This document shows positions 1 to 13,276 of a stretch of 64,000 nucleotides of DNA, piece by piece. Position 1 is the first letter of the stretch. Every line of letters begins with the position of its first letter. The stretch comes from Eledone cirrhosa (lineage: Eukaryota). The notes below the pieces were generated by a model. That model was not told the origin of the DNA. It saw nothing but the letters and a program-made list of their open reading frames with translations, and did not search any database. The position numbers were made by a program, and so were the translations under genes. The DNA lies in NCBI GenBank assembly GCA_964016885.1, contig OZ024742.1, forward strand, positions 148,924,001 through 148,988,000. Direction: 5' to 3'.

Positions 1-947
1 GGCATGAGAATGTTCTCCGCTTTTGATGGAAATGTTTTTTTACTGTCAGCCACATTCTGTCTATATTTCTTGTGTTGATTTCCAATTCTTCTGGATCATC
101 ATAATCTATATATTCATGAGTATATATACCATGTTGGATCTAGTCAATTTGAAGATATTCACCCATATATCAGATACAATATGGGTACTTACAAGAAAAA
201 TAACTGTCATGAATGATTATATATTTATTGAAGAATAAAAATGAGAAATTGTGGTATTCATACATTTTATAAAACTACAAGAATGAAAATTATTTTGAAG
301 CATCGAATCCTGGTCATGAACTTGTCTTGATAAACTTTACCAACACTATAGTTTCTATATGAAGTATATGTTCGCTGGAGCTTTTGTTGCAGAAAGGTAT
401 GGCTAATTGAAGTGAATTTAACTCTTAACATCTTATAGTGATTTAGCTTTGGAATTAGCTGGCATTCCAAAGAAATTATGCAAAGTAGACACAGGACAAC
501 TCTCTAGTTCCCATAGTAAAAAACACACCCAATACACTCCATAAAATGGTTGTTGATAAAAAGAGAATCAAACCCATGACCTTATGGGCGTAAGTCCAAC
601 ACAAATTTCCCCGTGGATCTGTATTGAAAAATAGATTAAATAGCTGAACACGGTACAGTTGAAGGGAAATCTCAAATTATATTAACCATACCTGATAAAA
701 TCCATCGAATAATTGCAGCTTCGAAAGTGTCTTTATTTTGATGCTCAACATTCACAAGAACACATTTATCAGATCTACGTTCAATTCCACCAAAAACACA
801 AACTCCTTTTGCATGTTTTTTATCCTTACACTTAGATTGAACAAATTTGTTAACATCTATTTCAATAATTTTTCTTTCGCCTGTTTTTAAATCAAAACCA
901 CCTATCTCAGGTGGATTGTCAGCTAATTCTGTTGGATGGTCTTCCAG
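1..947 (-). pseudogene. Merlin (IS1595/ISXO2-like DDE) transposase pseudogene with one intron (189-691)
   Basis: 944-692: EDHPTELADNPPEIGGFDLKTGERKIIEIDVNKF...GVCVFGGIERRSDKCVLVNVEHQNKDTFEAAIIRWILSG. It resumes at 188 as GTHIVSDIW; after a frameshift and a stop, QHGIYTHEYIDYDDPEELEINTRNIDRMWLTVKKHF. This follows the Merlin motif order IGG / VEIDE / WVFGGIER / ILPGT.I.SD.W / HTQNIE.MW. Confidence 0.8.
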
Positions 948-1462
948 TTAAAAAGATCATCCTTCACACCCATTGCAGAGAGCTTTGTCATAAGTCTTTT
1001 GTGTGGCACAGAATTGAAAGCTTTAGCAAAATCAAGGTAAAAAACATCAACCCATGAGCCGCCATCAGTGATCCAGGTGATGTCTTCAAGAAACTTGATA
1101 AGTTGATCACAGCAGCTGGAGTTGGGGATAAATCCCAATTGCGAGGGCCGGATAAGAATGTGAGAGTTCCAGAAGTTCCAAAGCATTTCTCTGACACAGG
1201 ATTCCATCAGTTTGGCAATGCAGCTAGTAAGACTGACTGGACGATAGTTCACAGGTGATGTGCGGTCACCCTTTTTGAACAGAGGAATGATGCTGGCAGT
1301 TTTCCACTGTTCTGGAGTAGCACCGTTGTTCAGACAGAATTGGAAGAAGCATGATAGCTGGTGCAGAAGGATGTACCCACCACGTTTGAGAAGCAGGTAC
1401 GTAACACCATCAACATCAGGAGAGGCATGGTTGCGTTTATTTTTAAGGTGACGTTGCAGCAT
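945..1462 (-). mobile_element. CR1/L2-type LINE reverse transcriptase fragment
   Basis: WKTASIIPLFKKGDR...NYRPVSLTS...QLGF...VDVFYLDFAKAFNSVPHKRL. Confidence 0.9.
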
Positions 1463-1799
1463 GGCGTCTGACCCTCTACCGATACTTACGAAACTGATAC
1501 TTTCTTAAGATAATTTTTCGGTGTTGAAAAAATCGTAGGACAAAAAGTCTCGTGGTATTTGTTCCTGTTCTGTGTGCTTTCAGTTCAAATTTTGCCATGC
1601 TTAAATTTGGATTTTACCGTTTCGGTGACGGTAAAACAAAGTACCAGTTAAGTGCAGTGGTAGTTTTGAACAACTAGTCCTCCCTCTCCATCGAAAAAAA
1701 AAATGTCTAGCCTTGTTTGAAACAATTATAAAAAAACAAATTGGTATCCAAATACTTCACTCATCGCTTTCTTTTCACGTAGATCACTGTTAAGACCTC

Positions 1800-1960
1800 C
1801 AATGTCCTCGGTCTACACTCAGGAGGAGTGCATCCCACCTGAGGAAAGAGCGCCATGAGATGGAGTGGCTGATGCGCCATGAGATGGAGTGTTTGATTCT
1901 GGCTATTCTCTGTGGCAATGCTTTTACCATCTTGTCAGCGATTGCCACTGAGATGTACTG
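1800..1960 (+). mobile_element. Degenerate 3' end of CRE-type (restriction-like endonuclease) non-LTR retrotransposon
   Basis: EMEWL...LILAILCGNAFTILSA resembles the CRE C-terminal motif WLxQRISLAIxRGNAxSIL. Confidence 0.45.
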
Positions 1961-2049
1961 CCTAGCCAGAAGTGTAGAGTCTACTCCTCCTTCTCCCATC
2001 CCCTTTTCTTATTGTTTAATTTTTTTTCTTCTCTCTTCCTGTTTATTAT

Positions 2050-2935
2050 GTAAAAATGTATGTAAATAGAGTAGATTAATTATTTTTCAAATCTAATAAA
2101 ATAGAAAAATATTTTAGAATTGATAACCTGAACCCATTTCAAGTTGATGCGAATAATACTGAAACAAACCTACAAGGAAGAATTAATTTTCTTGCAAAAT
2201 GACAGAAGCTCATGTATGAAGCAATTGATTTGGTGATATTAATATGGAATGTAAGCAGCACCGAGAAAGTAAAATAAAAAATTCCATGATAGAACTGCAG
2301 AAGATGAAGGAAATTCATAATTGAATCTACGGAATGATAGAACAGGTAAAGGTTTTGAACGTTTTAAAAATGAAACTTCCAAATTTAGTGCTTTAGATCA
2401 AAAACAATTTGATGGATCAGATAATGTGAATAGATTAGAATTTTTGGCAGACACATTTTCAGACACAATTTGTAGTCAAACTGAAATTATATAAGAATTT
2501 CTTTAACCCTTTAGCATTTAAACCGGCTGTATCCAGCCAGAATTCTCTCACATCGTTCTGTTCAAACTGGCCACTCATATTAACGTTAGGGTATTGTTCT
2601 CAAAATAAATAATATCCAATTTTCATAGATTCGATATTATGTGAGGTAACTCCTTTACTGCAAAAATACAATTTATGATCGCCAATGACACATGTTCCAT
2701 TTATCTTAATCTATCCAAATTGTATCACATTTTTCTAACCTTACCAATAATTATTGTAGTTGGGAAACAATGTTTTAGTCAGCTCAAGCATATGAAGTTA
2801 TGCCTTCATTCTGCAATAGACAATGATAAATTGTCTAGGTTAGGATCATTCTCCATTGAAAGACAGTTGGCTACTGAGGTGGATTATATTAAAGTAGCAA
2901 ATAACTTTACAAGAGTGTAGTATAGATAAAAGAGG
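2050..2935 (+). mobile_element. hAT transposase remnant (C-terminal dimerisation domain), interrupted by a TTAACCC-type short repeat near 2503
   Basis: YLNLSKLYHIFLTLPIIIVVGKQCFSQLKHMKLCLHSAIDNDKLSRLGSFSIER matches the hAT Dimer_Tnp pattern (FPNL..L..LTLP.T.AS.ERSFS.LK.IK..LRS.M...RL..L...SIE). Confidence 0.75.
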
Positions 2936-2999
2936 CTTTGATAGTTACTGCATACAATTTACATATTCTTTCATTTTGTTTTCATTTTATACCATCCTC

Positions 3000-4760
3000 C
3001 TCATCATCGTCAACATTATATGTCTACTTTTCCATGCTTGCATGGTTTGGATGTGTCTTTTCTAGCACAGGATACCTCCATTCATTACTGTCTTTCATCT
3101 GTAAGCTTCAGTGATTTGAGATCAGCTCTCATAACCTTTGGCCACTCTCTACTGCAGCTTCCTTCCACTGTAATTTCTTGGCACTTCTTGATCTAACATC
3201 ATTCATGCACATATGAACATACCAGCACAGTTTACTTTCCTACACTCTACATCTGATTCCTTTTATACCCAGCTTTTCTCTCAGCTCATCAAGGCTTTCT
3301 TATTTACACACATTAACATTGCACATCCATTGAAGCATGCTTGCTACATTTCTTTGCAGTCTTTGCATATCCTCTGCATTCATTGGTCATATCTCATTGC
3401 CATGCATCATTGCAAACAGGCATCATACAGCCTTTTGTTTGTAGAGAGAAACCTTTTTGTATTCACCAGCGGTGAACTGTTTCCATCCTGTTCTTATCCT
3501 GTTTACTATGCTTTCAGTGCAACCTCCTCCACTCCTTCACCTAAGTAGCTGAAGCTATCAACCATTGCTTTAGATCGTTCCTCGTTACCTACTCTCACAA
3601 GTCATTCTACACCTAGTTTCCTTAAGGACCACCTAATGACAGATCATGTTACTCTGTCAAAAGCTTTGGGGCATCTGTGGTACTCCTCCCCAGCACAAAA
3701 CTAAACTGCATTTCATCTAATTTGACTTTTTCATTGTCACATGAGTCATTGAGTATGAGTATTACCTGATTGATTATGCAGGTGACTAATTCGACACCTA
3801 TTTCCCCAGAATATTTCAGCATCTCAGTGACTATCTTTAAGAGATCAATGGCTTTACCATTTTTCATCTCTTTGCTTCTTTGATTGTATAACTCAATTTT
3901 GATAGCTAATCTCTCTGCTAGGTCAGATGAGGGTAGTTTCTTTTCTTTCCACTCATTCTTCACATCTATCAACCTCTCGTACAAGCATTTCCACTTTTTT
4001 TTTTTCTGAGCATCAGTGAAGCTAAGTATGTCTGTATCATTCTGAACACACTTCTCCCCAACAATATCTCAATTCACACTGATCATTTGCTTCACAATGT
4101 GGAACACCTCATGCTATAGATCCTCACGCCACAACACATTAGCAATTCTCTTCCTTTCTGCTTCTCTATGAGCTAAGTAAACCTATCATCTAGCTTCTCT
4201 TTTAGGTACTTGGTATTGCTCTTTGCTATCCACATTTTTAAAATCTATCCATGCCTGTCTCTTAGCTTTAATCCTTTAGCATTTACATTACTCTATATTT
4301 ACTATTGTATTTTTACAGTAACGGTTTTATCTCACATATCAAATCTATGAAATTTTGATATTATTTATTTTGAGAACATCAGTATGAGCAGCCAGTTACA
4401 ACCAGTTTGAACAGAAAGAGGTGAGGATATTCTGGCTAGATATGACAGGTTTAAATACTAAATTGTTAATGGCTCTATCTACAGTACTGTTCTATCTCCA
4501 AGTCACTTTTCATCTTGCTGATATTTTGCTTCAGCCACAGGTCTCATCAATAGCCTGAAACAGGTTGCCCTGTAGGAACTTCCAGTAGTTCTCTATGTCA
4601 TCATCACCATTTTATGTCCAATTTTCCATGCTTGCATGGGTTGGATGGGTCTTTGCCAGCACACCATCCTTCCACTCATTTTAGCTCTTTGTCATCTCTA
4701 TAAACTTCAATAATTTGGGATTAGTTCTCACCACTATCACTCATGTCTTCCTTCATCATC
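3000..4760 (-). mobile_element. Old degenerate RTE LINE fragments
   Basis: EMKNGKA..IVTEMLKYSGEIGVELVT, LDEMQFSFVLGRSTTDA; RTE-type 3' tails near 3000 and 4600. Confidence 0.75.
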
Positions 4761-5629
4761 CTCATACAAAGAGAGCAGTAACTAAATAAGAACTGATTTG
4801 ACCTTGAGAACATGTTCAACCCTTAGCAGTATGGAAAGCAGATGTAAAATCATGATGACAACGAACTCTTCAAGTTTTACACAGTATTTGTAATATCTGC
4901 TAATAATAAGCAGAGATGTATTAAACTTTGTTCCACTATATGAATTAGTATGTACCACTCATAATCAGAAATTTCTATCTTAGGCTGCTTTTAATGGAAT
5001 TTGAGTATACCTTTGTAAATCTAAAATCAGTGCCAGATTTACCATTGTGCTTACGTATACTTAAGCACAGGGCCCCTTTGCCAGAGGGGAGTGGGGCCAT
5101 CTTCCTGCCTCCAAATCTTTTTACCTCCTTCAAGACCCAAGTAAGGGGCCTCATAACTTAACTAGCACAGGGCTTCATTTGTCCTAAATCTAGCACTGTC
5201 TATACTACTATACTTAAAGCATCTTAGGCCCACACTTGGAACTGCAATCGACTGAATTTACTCCCAATACATTACTATTGTATGGCTGAAAAGATAAATC
5301 ATTCAAAGCAAGATTTGAACTCAGAATGAAGAAAGATGTAACTGTTCTGTTTATCCCTCTCTCACAATTGACTATTGTCTGATTATAGTGGTTAAGTTGA
5401 GCATCATCCTTTTAGAATGTGTACTTTCTATGATGGTAGTGTACACATTATTTGTTCTGTTGAATTGAGTTATTCATGCTACGAGGTTGAGATAAGAGTT
5501 AAACTGTTGTAGATATGTAAGAGAGAGACTGTACGATAAAAATATGAGAGTTCTCGAAACAATCACTACCCCAAATAATATGGACCCGGACAGTGTAGGA
5601 AAAATGGTCTCTGGAGTGCAGAACCACAG

Positions 5630-5880
5630 GCGGAAGCCGCCAAGTAGTCCCAGCGGACTTAATGGGGAAAGCGTTACCATGCAGGATAGCGAGTACGACG
5701 CGTTGAAATAGCCATTCCAATTTTGGGAGAGGATGAAGTGTGTGGGGGGGGGGGGGTCACTCCTGTGGATTTATCAACTCCGCTCAGATAGCAGTTAATA
5801 AGGTGGGGGTCGGAAGGCCAAGAACGCCAGAAGGAGACTCTGACCTAGAAAGATTCTACAGGATCGATCAAAAATTAGGA
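5630..5880 (-). mobile_element. Second CRE-type retrotransposon 3' remnant
   Basis: SPSGVLGLPTPTLLTAI ... EWLFQRVVLAILHGNAFPIKSAG resembles CRE ETSGVLGP.T..LL / WLFQRISLAV.RGNA. Confidence 0.55.
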
Positions 5881-6516
5881 AGACACTCCTCAGAACTCTT
5901 TTTATATAAAGATGTTACGATAAATTTGATTTGTTCATATGTCCTCTATTTTGACCAATCAAATCAAGGTTTGTATAAACATCCAGAGTAAGCCATAATG
6001 GCGTGTGTAAACATTCTTCTGGTTTACTGCTCTTATAATATTGTTTAATTTATTTAACGCTATTATTGTTTTTATGGAAACAAAACAGGAAAATCCTAAG
6101 AATAATTTCCGTGTATGCATATATATATGATCACACATATATATAAATATATATGACAATTATTTTACTGGCGTTACATACAGGAATGTAAGTATATCAT
6201 ACATACTTGGATAATTTTACCTACTTGTTAATATTTATTGGGTTTCTTCGGTGTGTTACAGACAATCGTTCCAGAACGCTGGATTGAATGTTTTACTCGG
6301 TTGTCTAAATTTTAGTAACGTAAAATGATAAATTTCCTCAAACAAACATATGTGTTCATTGCCCTGGCATATTAACATTCTGTATGTATAAAATATATAT
6401 ATATATAAATATATATATATAAAAGATACAGAAGCGAAAACCAACCAAACTGAGTGTGTTCTGTTATTATTTCTGGCAATATTATTACAACGATATGACG
6501 CTCCCCAAGTATAACA

Positions 6517-6548
<32 letters not shown>

Positions 6549-6685
6549 GTATATATAAAATATGTATGTATATATATAATATGTATATATATAATATATA
6601 TGTATATGTATATATATAATATATATATATATGTATACAATATATTAACAAATGGAAACTATATTTATAAAACCATATTTATTTC

Positions 6686-6744
6686 ATTATACATATTTCA
6701 AGGGCCACCAAAGCAAACTATGGTGCGCTTTCATCAGATAAAAT
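6686..6744 (-). ncRNA. Degenerate hammerhead-ribozyme-like core
   Basis: Minus strand CTGATGA-AAGCGCACCA...TGGTGGCCCTT-GAAA-TATGTA; stem II mostly paired, stem I register disrupted. Confidence 0.4.
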
Positions 6745-6867
6745 ATAATATAGGTTAGTTTTCTAAATAAATATTGACATACCCATAAAAAATGCAACCA
6801 TTCTGGTTGGAATCTCCTGGATAGTATATATGTATATATATATGTATGTATATATATATATTTATTC

Positions 6868-6907
<40 letters not shown>

Positions 6908-7706
6908 ATATATATATAAATGTATGTGTATATATATATAATATATATATATGTATGTGTATATATAATATATATATATATGTATGTATATATATATGTA
7001 TGTATATAACACCTGCAACCCTGATGGTATCCAATGATGTTGACTTGTTCTTCTTTTTGGTAAATATCATCTTGGTTAAGAGAGTGGGACTGGCTTTGTG
7101 CAGTGCCTTTGCTCACTATAAAAGCTTCACGGCACAGGCATTGCTTTATATCTGGAGATCTCTCTGCATTTGTCGTCACATGGTACCATGGGCCCAGCAC
7201 TATGTGTCAATAATTGTCACAAGTGTAGTGTTTGTACCAGAGTTTTCAAGTCGCTGGCTGGACTAAAAAGTCACACTCGTTCAGCGCATCGGTAGGAGTT
7301 CTCCTACATGGGTATAAAGTAGTGGCCGTACTCGAAAACGAGTTGGCAGCCACCATGTATATATATATGTATGTATATATATATATGTATGTATGTATAT
7401 GTATATATATATGTATGTATATATATATGTATGTATATATATATAATATGTATATATATATATAATATATAATATGTATGTATATATATATATAATATAT
7501 AATATATATGTATATATATATATAATATATATGTATATATATATATATGTATATATGTATATATATATGTATATGTGTATATATATATATGTATATGTAT
7601 ATATGTATATGTATATATATATATGTATATGTATATATATATATGTATATATATAATATATATGTATATATATAATATATATTATGTATATATATAATAT
7701 ATATAT

Positions 7707-9286
7707 CATCATCATCATCATCATCAACGTTTAACGTTCGTGTTCCACGCTAGCATGGGTTTGGACGGGGTTTTCCCACTTGAGGCAAGAGTGATTGTCT
7801 TGCTCACATAGGACTGTCTGGCGGGTTTTCTACAGCTGGATGCCCTTCCTAACACCAACCACATTTACAGTGTGGGGCTGGGAGGTTTTTACCGTGTTGC
7901 CTGACGGCCACATTACAGCGTGGACTGTGTGTTTTTTTGTCGTGACACCTACACGATCTCATTTGTTTCGGCCTGGATGTTGTGGCACCAACATAACTTT
8001 ACATTGAAAGGGGCGGTGTGGATGGGGTGGGGGTGGTGCGACGGGGGTGTATTTTGTTAGAGATGCCTACTGACTGTAGTAGGTTTTACTTTGTATTTAG
8101 GTAAGGCGGGTCTTCACTATTACTGAGTACCGCCAAAGGTCTCGGTCCAGTGACATTGTCTTGGAGAGGTGTAAGTGTGTGAGGTTGGAATTTATCAGCT
8201 CGTCCCAGGTTTTTCTGGGTCTGCCTACTCCGTGGCTACCGTCTATCTTTATTGCCCTGCACTTTGTTATACAGCTATCGTCTTTCATGCGCATCACGTG
8301 ACCATACCAACGTAGCCTTCTCTCGAGTAAACAACATCTGATCTCTCTTATTTCTAATTTTTTCCTTGGTTCGTTTATGCTTTGCCGTTCACGTATATTA
8401 CTATTACACATCCAGCGGAGCATGCAAGCTACGTTCCTCTCCAGTCTGCGTATATCCTCTGCACACAATGCCCAGGTCTCACTGCCATGTAACATTGCTG
8501 TTCGTATGCAGGCATCATACAACCTGCCTTTCATTTTTAGGGAGAACCTTTTAGCGGCTAATAGTGGTATAAGCTCTCTGAACTTTTTCCATCCAGTTCT
8601 GACTCTAGCTACTGTACTTTCAGAGCACCATCCCCCACTGCTGATTTTGTCACCCAGGTAACGGAAGCTGTCCACTATTTCTATAGAACCCTCTGCGCAG
8701 TTGAAAGAGCTAGTATTTAATGGGCACTTGCTGCTACTTATTGCACCAGAGCACCGGCCACATGTAAAATCTATGTTCTTAGTTAGCTTACCTGTGATCC
8801 CACTACATCTTTTATGCACCCATACTTTGCATTTGGGACATAAAATGGAGTTTCTACCTATGCCTTTCCTACACACTGAGCATGGCCACTTCCCGCAAAC
8901 TAGAACTTTTGTCTTAGCCAGGTTAATTTTAAGGCCTTTTGATTCTAGGCCGTGCTTCCATGCTTTGAATTTCTTCTCTAGCTCGGCCATTGATTCAGCT
9001 ATGAGTGTTAGGTCATCTGCGTATAGGAGTTCCCATGGGCAGCCGGTCTTGAACTCCTCTGTTATAGCCTGAAGGGCAATAATAAATAGTAGGAGGCTGA
9101 GAACAGAGCCCTGATGGACGCCAACTTTTACGCTAAACTCTTCACTATATTCGTTGTTAATTCTAACCTTGCTGTCTGTTTCTTTATACATGGCTTGTAT
9201 AGCTCTCACAAGCCATTCGTCAATACCTAGTTTTCTAAGAGCCCACCAGATAATGGAACGGGGGACTCTGTCGAAGGCTTTCTCCA
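7707..9286 (-). mobile_element. RTE LINE copy 1 (subfamily A), 5'-truncated, (GAT)n tail
   Basis: ORF 8097-9287 with [45 protein letters not shown]; 10-aa in-frame deletion relative to copy 2; (CAT)n at 7707. Confidence 0.95.
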
Positions 9287-9720
9287 ATATATATGTATAT
9301 ATATATATATTTCTCCAATATATATGTATATATATATATAATATATATGTATATATATATATATAATATATATGTATATATATAATATATATGTATATAT
9401 ATATATATAATATATATGTATATATATATATATAATATATATGTATATATATATATATAATATATATGTATATATATATATATATATAATATATATGTAT
9501 ATATATATATATAATATATATGTATATATATATATATAATATATATGTATATATATATGTATATATATATATATAATATATATGTATATATATATATATA
9601 TAATATATATGTATATATATATATATAATATATATGTATATATATATATATATAATATATATGTATATATATATATATAATATATATGTATATGTATATA
9701 TATAATATATATGTATATAT

Positions 9721-9763
<43 letters not shown>

Positions 9764-9883
9764 TATATATATATAATATATATGTATATGTATATATATA
9801 ATATATATGTATATATATAATATATATGTATATATATATATATATAATATATATGTATATATATATATATGATATATATAATG

Positions 9884-9934
<51 letters not shown>

Positions 9935-10022
9935 TGTATATATATATATATAATATATATGTATATGTATATATATATAATATATATGTATATATATATA
10001 TAATATATATGTATATATATAT

Positions 10023-10054
<32 letters not shown>

Positions 10055-10100
10055 ATATATATATGTATATATATATATATATATATAATATATATGTATA

Positions 10101-10149
<49 letters not shown>

Positions 10150-10273
10150 GTATATATATATATAATATATATGTATATATATATTATATATATATATATA
10201 TGTATATATATATTATATATGTATATATATATTATATATATATATATATGTATATATATATTATATATATATA

Positions 10274-10319
<46 letters not shown>

Positions 10320-10572
10320 TATATATGTATATATATATTATATATATATATATATGTATATATATATTATATATATATATGTATATATTATATATATATA
10401 TATATGTATATATATATTATATATGTATATATATATTATATATATATATATATGTATATATATATTATATATATATGTATATATTATATATATATTATAT
10501 ATATATGTATATATTATATATATATTATATATATATGTATATATTATATATATATTATATATATATGTATAT
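9287..10572. repeat. Degenerate (TA)n array with higher-order tataatatatatgta units; similar arrays at ~6390-7010, 7355-7706, 12757-12983, 13381-14620, 17145-18031, 18333-18724, 20359-20684, 21230-21390, 21581-21780
   Basis: Directly visible; source of the spurious YI-rich ORFs. Confidence 0.97.
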
Positions 10573-12756
10573 CATCATCATCATCATCAACGTTTAACGT
10601 CCGTGTTCCACGCTTGCATGGGTTTGGACGGGGGTAGTCCCACTTGAGGCAGGAGTGATTGTCTTGCTCGCATAGGACTGTCTGGCAGGTTTTCTACAGT
10701 TGGATGCCCTTCCTAACACCAACCACATTTACAGTGTGGGTCTGGGAGGTTTTTACCGTGTTGCCTACACGGCCACATTACAGCGTGGACTGTGTGTTTT
10801 TTTGTCGTGACACCTACACGATCTCATTTGTTTCGGCCTGGATGGCGCGGCACCAACATAACTTTACATAGAACGGGGTGGTGTGGATGGGGTGGGGGTG
10901 GCGGCGGGAGGGGTGTATTTTGTTAGAGATGCCTACTGGCAAGGCGGGTCTTCTCTGTTACTGAGTACCGCCAAAGGTCACGGTCCAGTGACATTGTCTT
11001 GGAGAGGTGTAAGTGTGTGAGGTCGGAGTTTATCAGCTCATCCCATGTTTTTCTAGGTCTGCCTATTCCGTGGCTACCGTCTATCTTTATTGCCCTGCAC
11101 TTTGTAATACAGCTATCGACTTTCATGCGCATCACGTGTCCATACCAACGCAGCCTTCTCTCGAGTAAACAACATCTGATCCCTCTTATCTCTAATTTTT
11201 TCCTTAGTTCGTTTATGCTTTGCCGTTCACGTATATTACTGTTACACATCCAGCGGAGCATGCAAGCTTCGTTCCTCTCTAGTCTGCGTATATCCTCTGC
11301 ACACAATGCCCAGGTCTCACTACCATGCAACATTGCTGTTCGTATGCAGGCATCGTACAACCTGCCTTTCATTTTTAGGGAGAACCCTTTAGCAGCTAAT
11401 AGTGGTATAAGCTCTCTGAACTTTTTCCAACCAGTTCTGACTCTAGCTACAGTACTTTCAGAGCACCCTCCCCCACTGCTGATTTTATCGCCCAGGTAAC
11501 GGAAGCTGTCCACTATTTCTATAAAACCCTCTGCGCAATTGAAAGAGCTAGTATTTTGTGGGCACTTGCTGCTACTTATTGCACCAGAACACCGGCCACA
11601 TGTAAAGTCTATGTTCTTAGTTAGCTTACCTGTGATCCCACTACATCTTTTATGCACCCATACTTTGCATTTAGGACATAAGATGGAGTTTCTACCTACG
11701 CCTTTCCTACATACCGAGCACGACCATTTCCCAGAAGGGACCGCCGCCTTGTTTTCTTTCCTACAAACTAGAACTTTGGTCTTAGCCAGGTTAATTTTAA
11801 GTCCTTTTGACTCTAGGCCGTGCTTCCATGTTTGGAATTTCTTCTCTAGCTCGGCCATTGATTCCGCTATGAGTGTCAGGTCGTCTGCGTATAGGAGTTC
11901 CCATGGGCAGCCTGTCTTGAACTCCTCTGTTATAGCCTGAAGGGCAATAATAAATAGTAGGGGGCTGAGAACAGAGCCCTGATGGACGCCAACTTTTACG
12001 CTAAACTCTTCACTATATTCGTTGTTAATTCTAACCTTGCTGACTGTTTCTTTATACATGGCTTGTATAGCCCTCACAAGCCATTCGTCAACGCCTAGTT
12101 TTCTAAGAGCCCACCAGATAATGGAGCGGGGGACTCTGTCGAAGGCTTTCTCCAGGTCGACAAAAGCTAAGTAGAGGGGTTTACCTTTAGCTAGGTACTT
12201 CTCCTGTAGTTGTCGTACTATGAAAAGAGCGTCTGTGGTGCTTTTGCCTGACACAAACCCGAACTGCATTTCATCTAGATCAATTCTCTCTCTGATTAGT
12301 TGCGCTATTACTTTTTCCGTGACCTTCATGACCTGGTCGATTAATTTAATGCCTCTATAGTTACTCCTATCTAGGGCGTCTCCTTTACCCTTATAACAGT
12401 TAACGATGATGCTGCTATGCCAGTCCTTCGGAACAACCCCATTCTGTACGACTTGGTTAACTATGCGGGTGACCATGGTGTGTCCCACCGTGCCAGATGC
12501 CTTCAGCATCTCAGCAACTATTTCCGAAGGCCCAGCCGCCTTACCAGTCTTCATATCCTTGATTGCCTTACTTATTATACTCCCCTCGACTAACACTGCT
12601 GGTCCCTCTATCGGGTCGATATGGGGGAGACTGTCTTTCTCCCATTTATTCTCCTCATTTAGTAGCCTTTCATAGTGACACTTCCAAGCTACCTTCTTAT
12701 CAGTGTCGGTGATGGCAAGTATGCCATCATCGTTAAGTACACACTTCTCCCCGACA
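10573..12756 (-). mobile_element. RTE LINE copy 2 (subfamily B), 5'-truncated, intact RT ORF
   Basis: 557-aa ORF 10923-12596 with the full RT domain and PHD-like insertion; no endonuclease domain; (CAT)n tail. Confidence 0.97.
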
Positions 12757-12801
12757 AATATATTATATATTAGTATATATTATATATATATTATATATAT
12801 A

Positions 12802-12845
<44 letters not shown>

Positions 12846-12862
12846 TATATATATATGTATAT

Positions 12863-12905
<43 letters not shown>

Positions 12906-12922
12906 TATATATATATGTATAT

Positions 12923-12988
<66 letters not shown>

Positions 12989-13276
12989 CAAATAACGAAA
13001 CAAAATTAAATTTTGTTTCGTTTGTAACTCACTTTTGTATGACTGACGCTTAAACAATTAAGTTAAAAATGTACATCCACATATGTATACTGAAATACTA
13101 GTATGCATATGAATACACACACGTATACATATGTAGATGTACCGAGTTTTTCACTGGTCACTTTACTGTGAGTGTCCAGCTATTCTGTATGTAAACACAC
13201 AGACAAACCGGTTTTTAGAGTCATACTGGTTTTTGAGGAAACACCTTTCCTCTATTCTCCAGAAAGCCAGACAAGG

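Noticed and set aside
7010-7355. GC-richer island between TA arrays with short ORFs
   Set aside because: Probably a transposon fragment, but I recognise no motif, so it is left uncalled.
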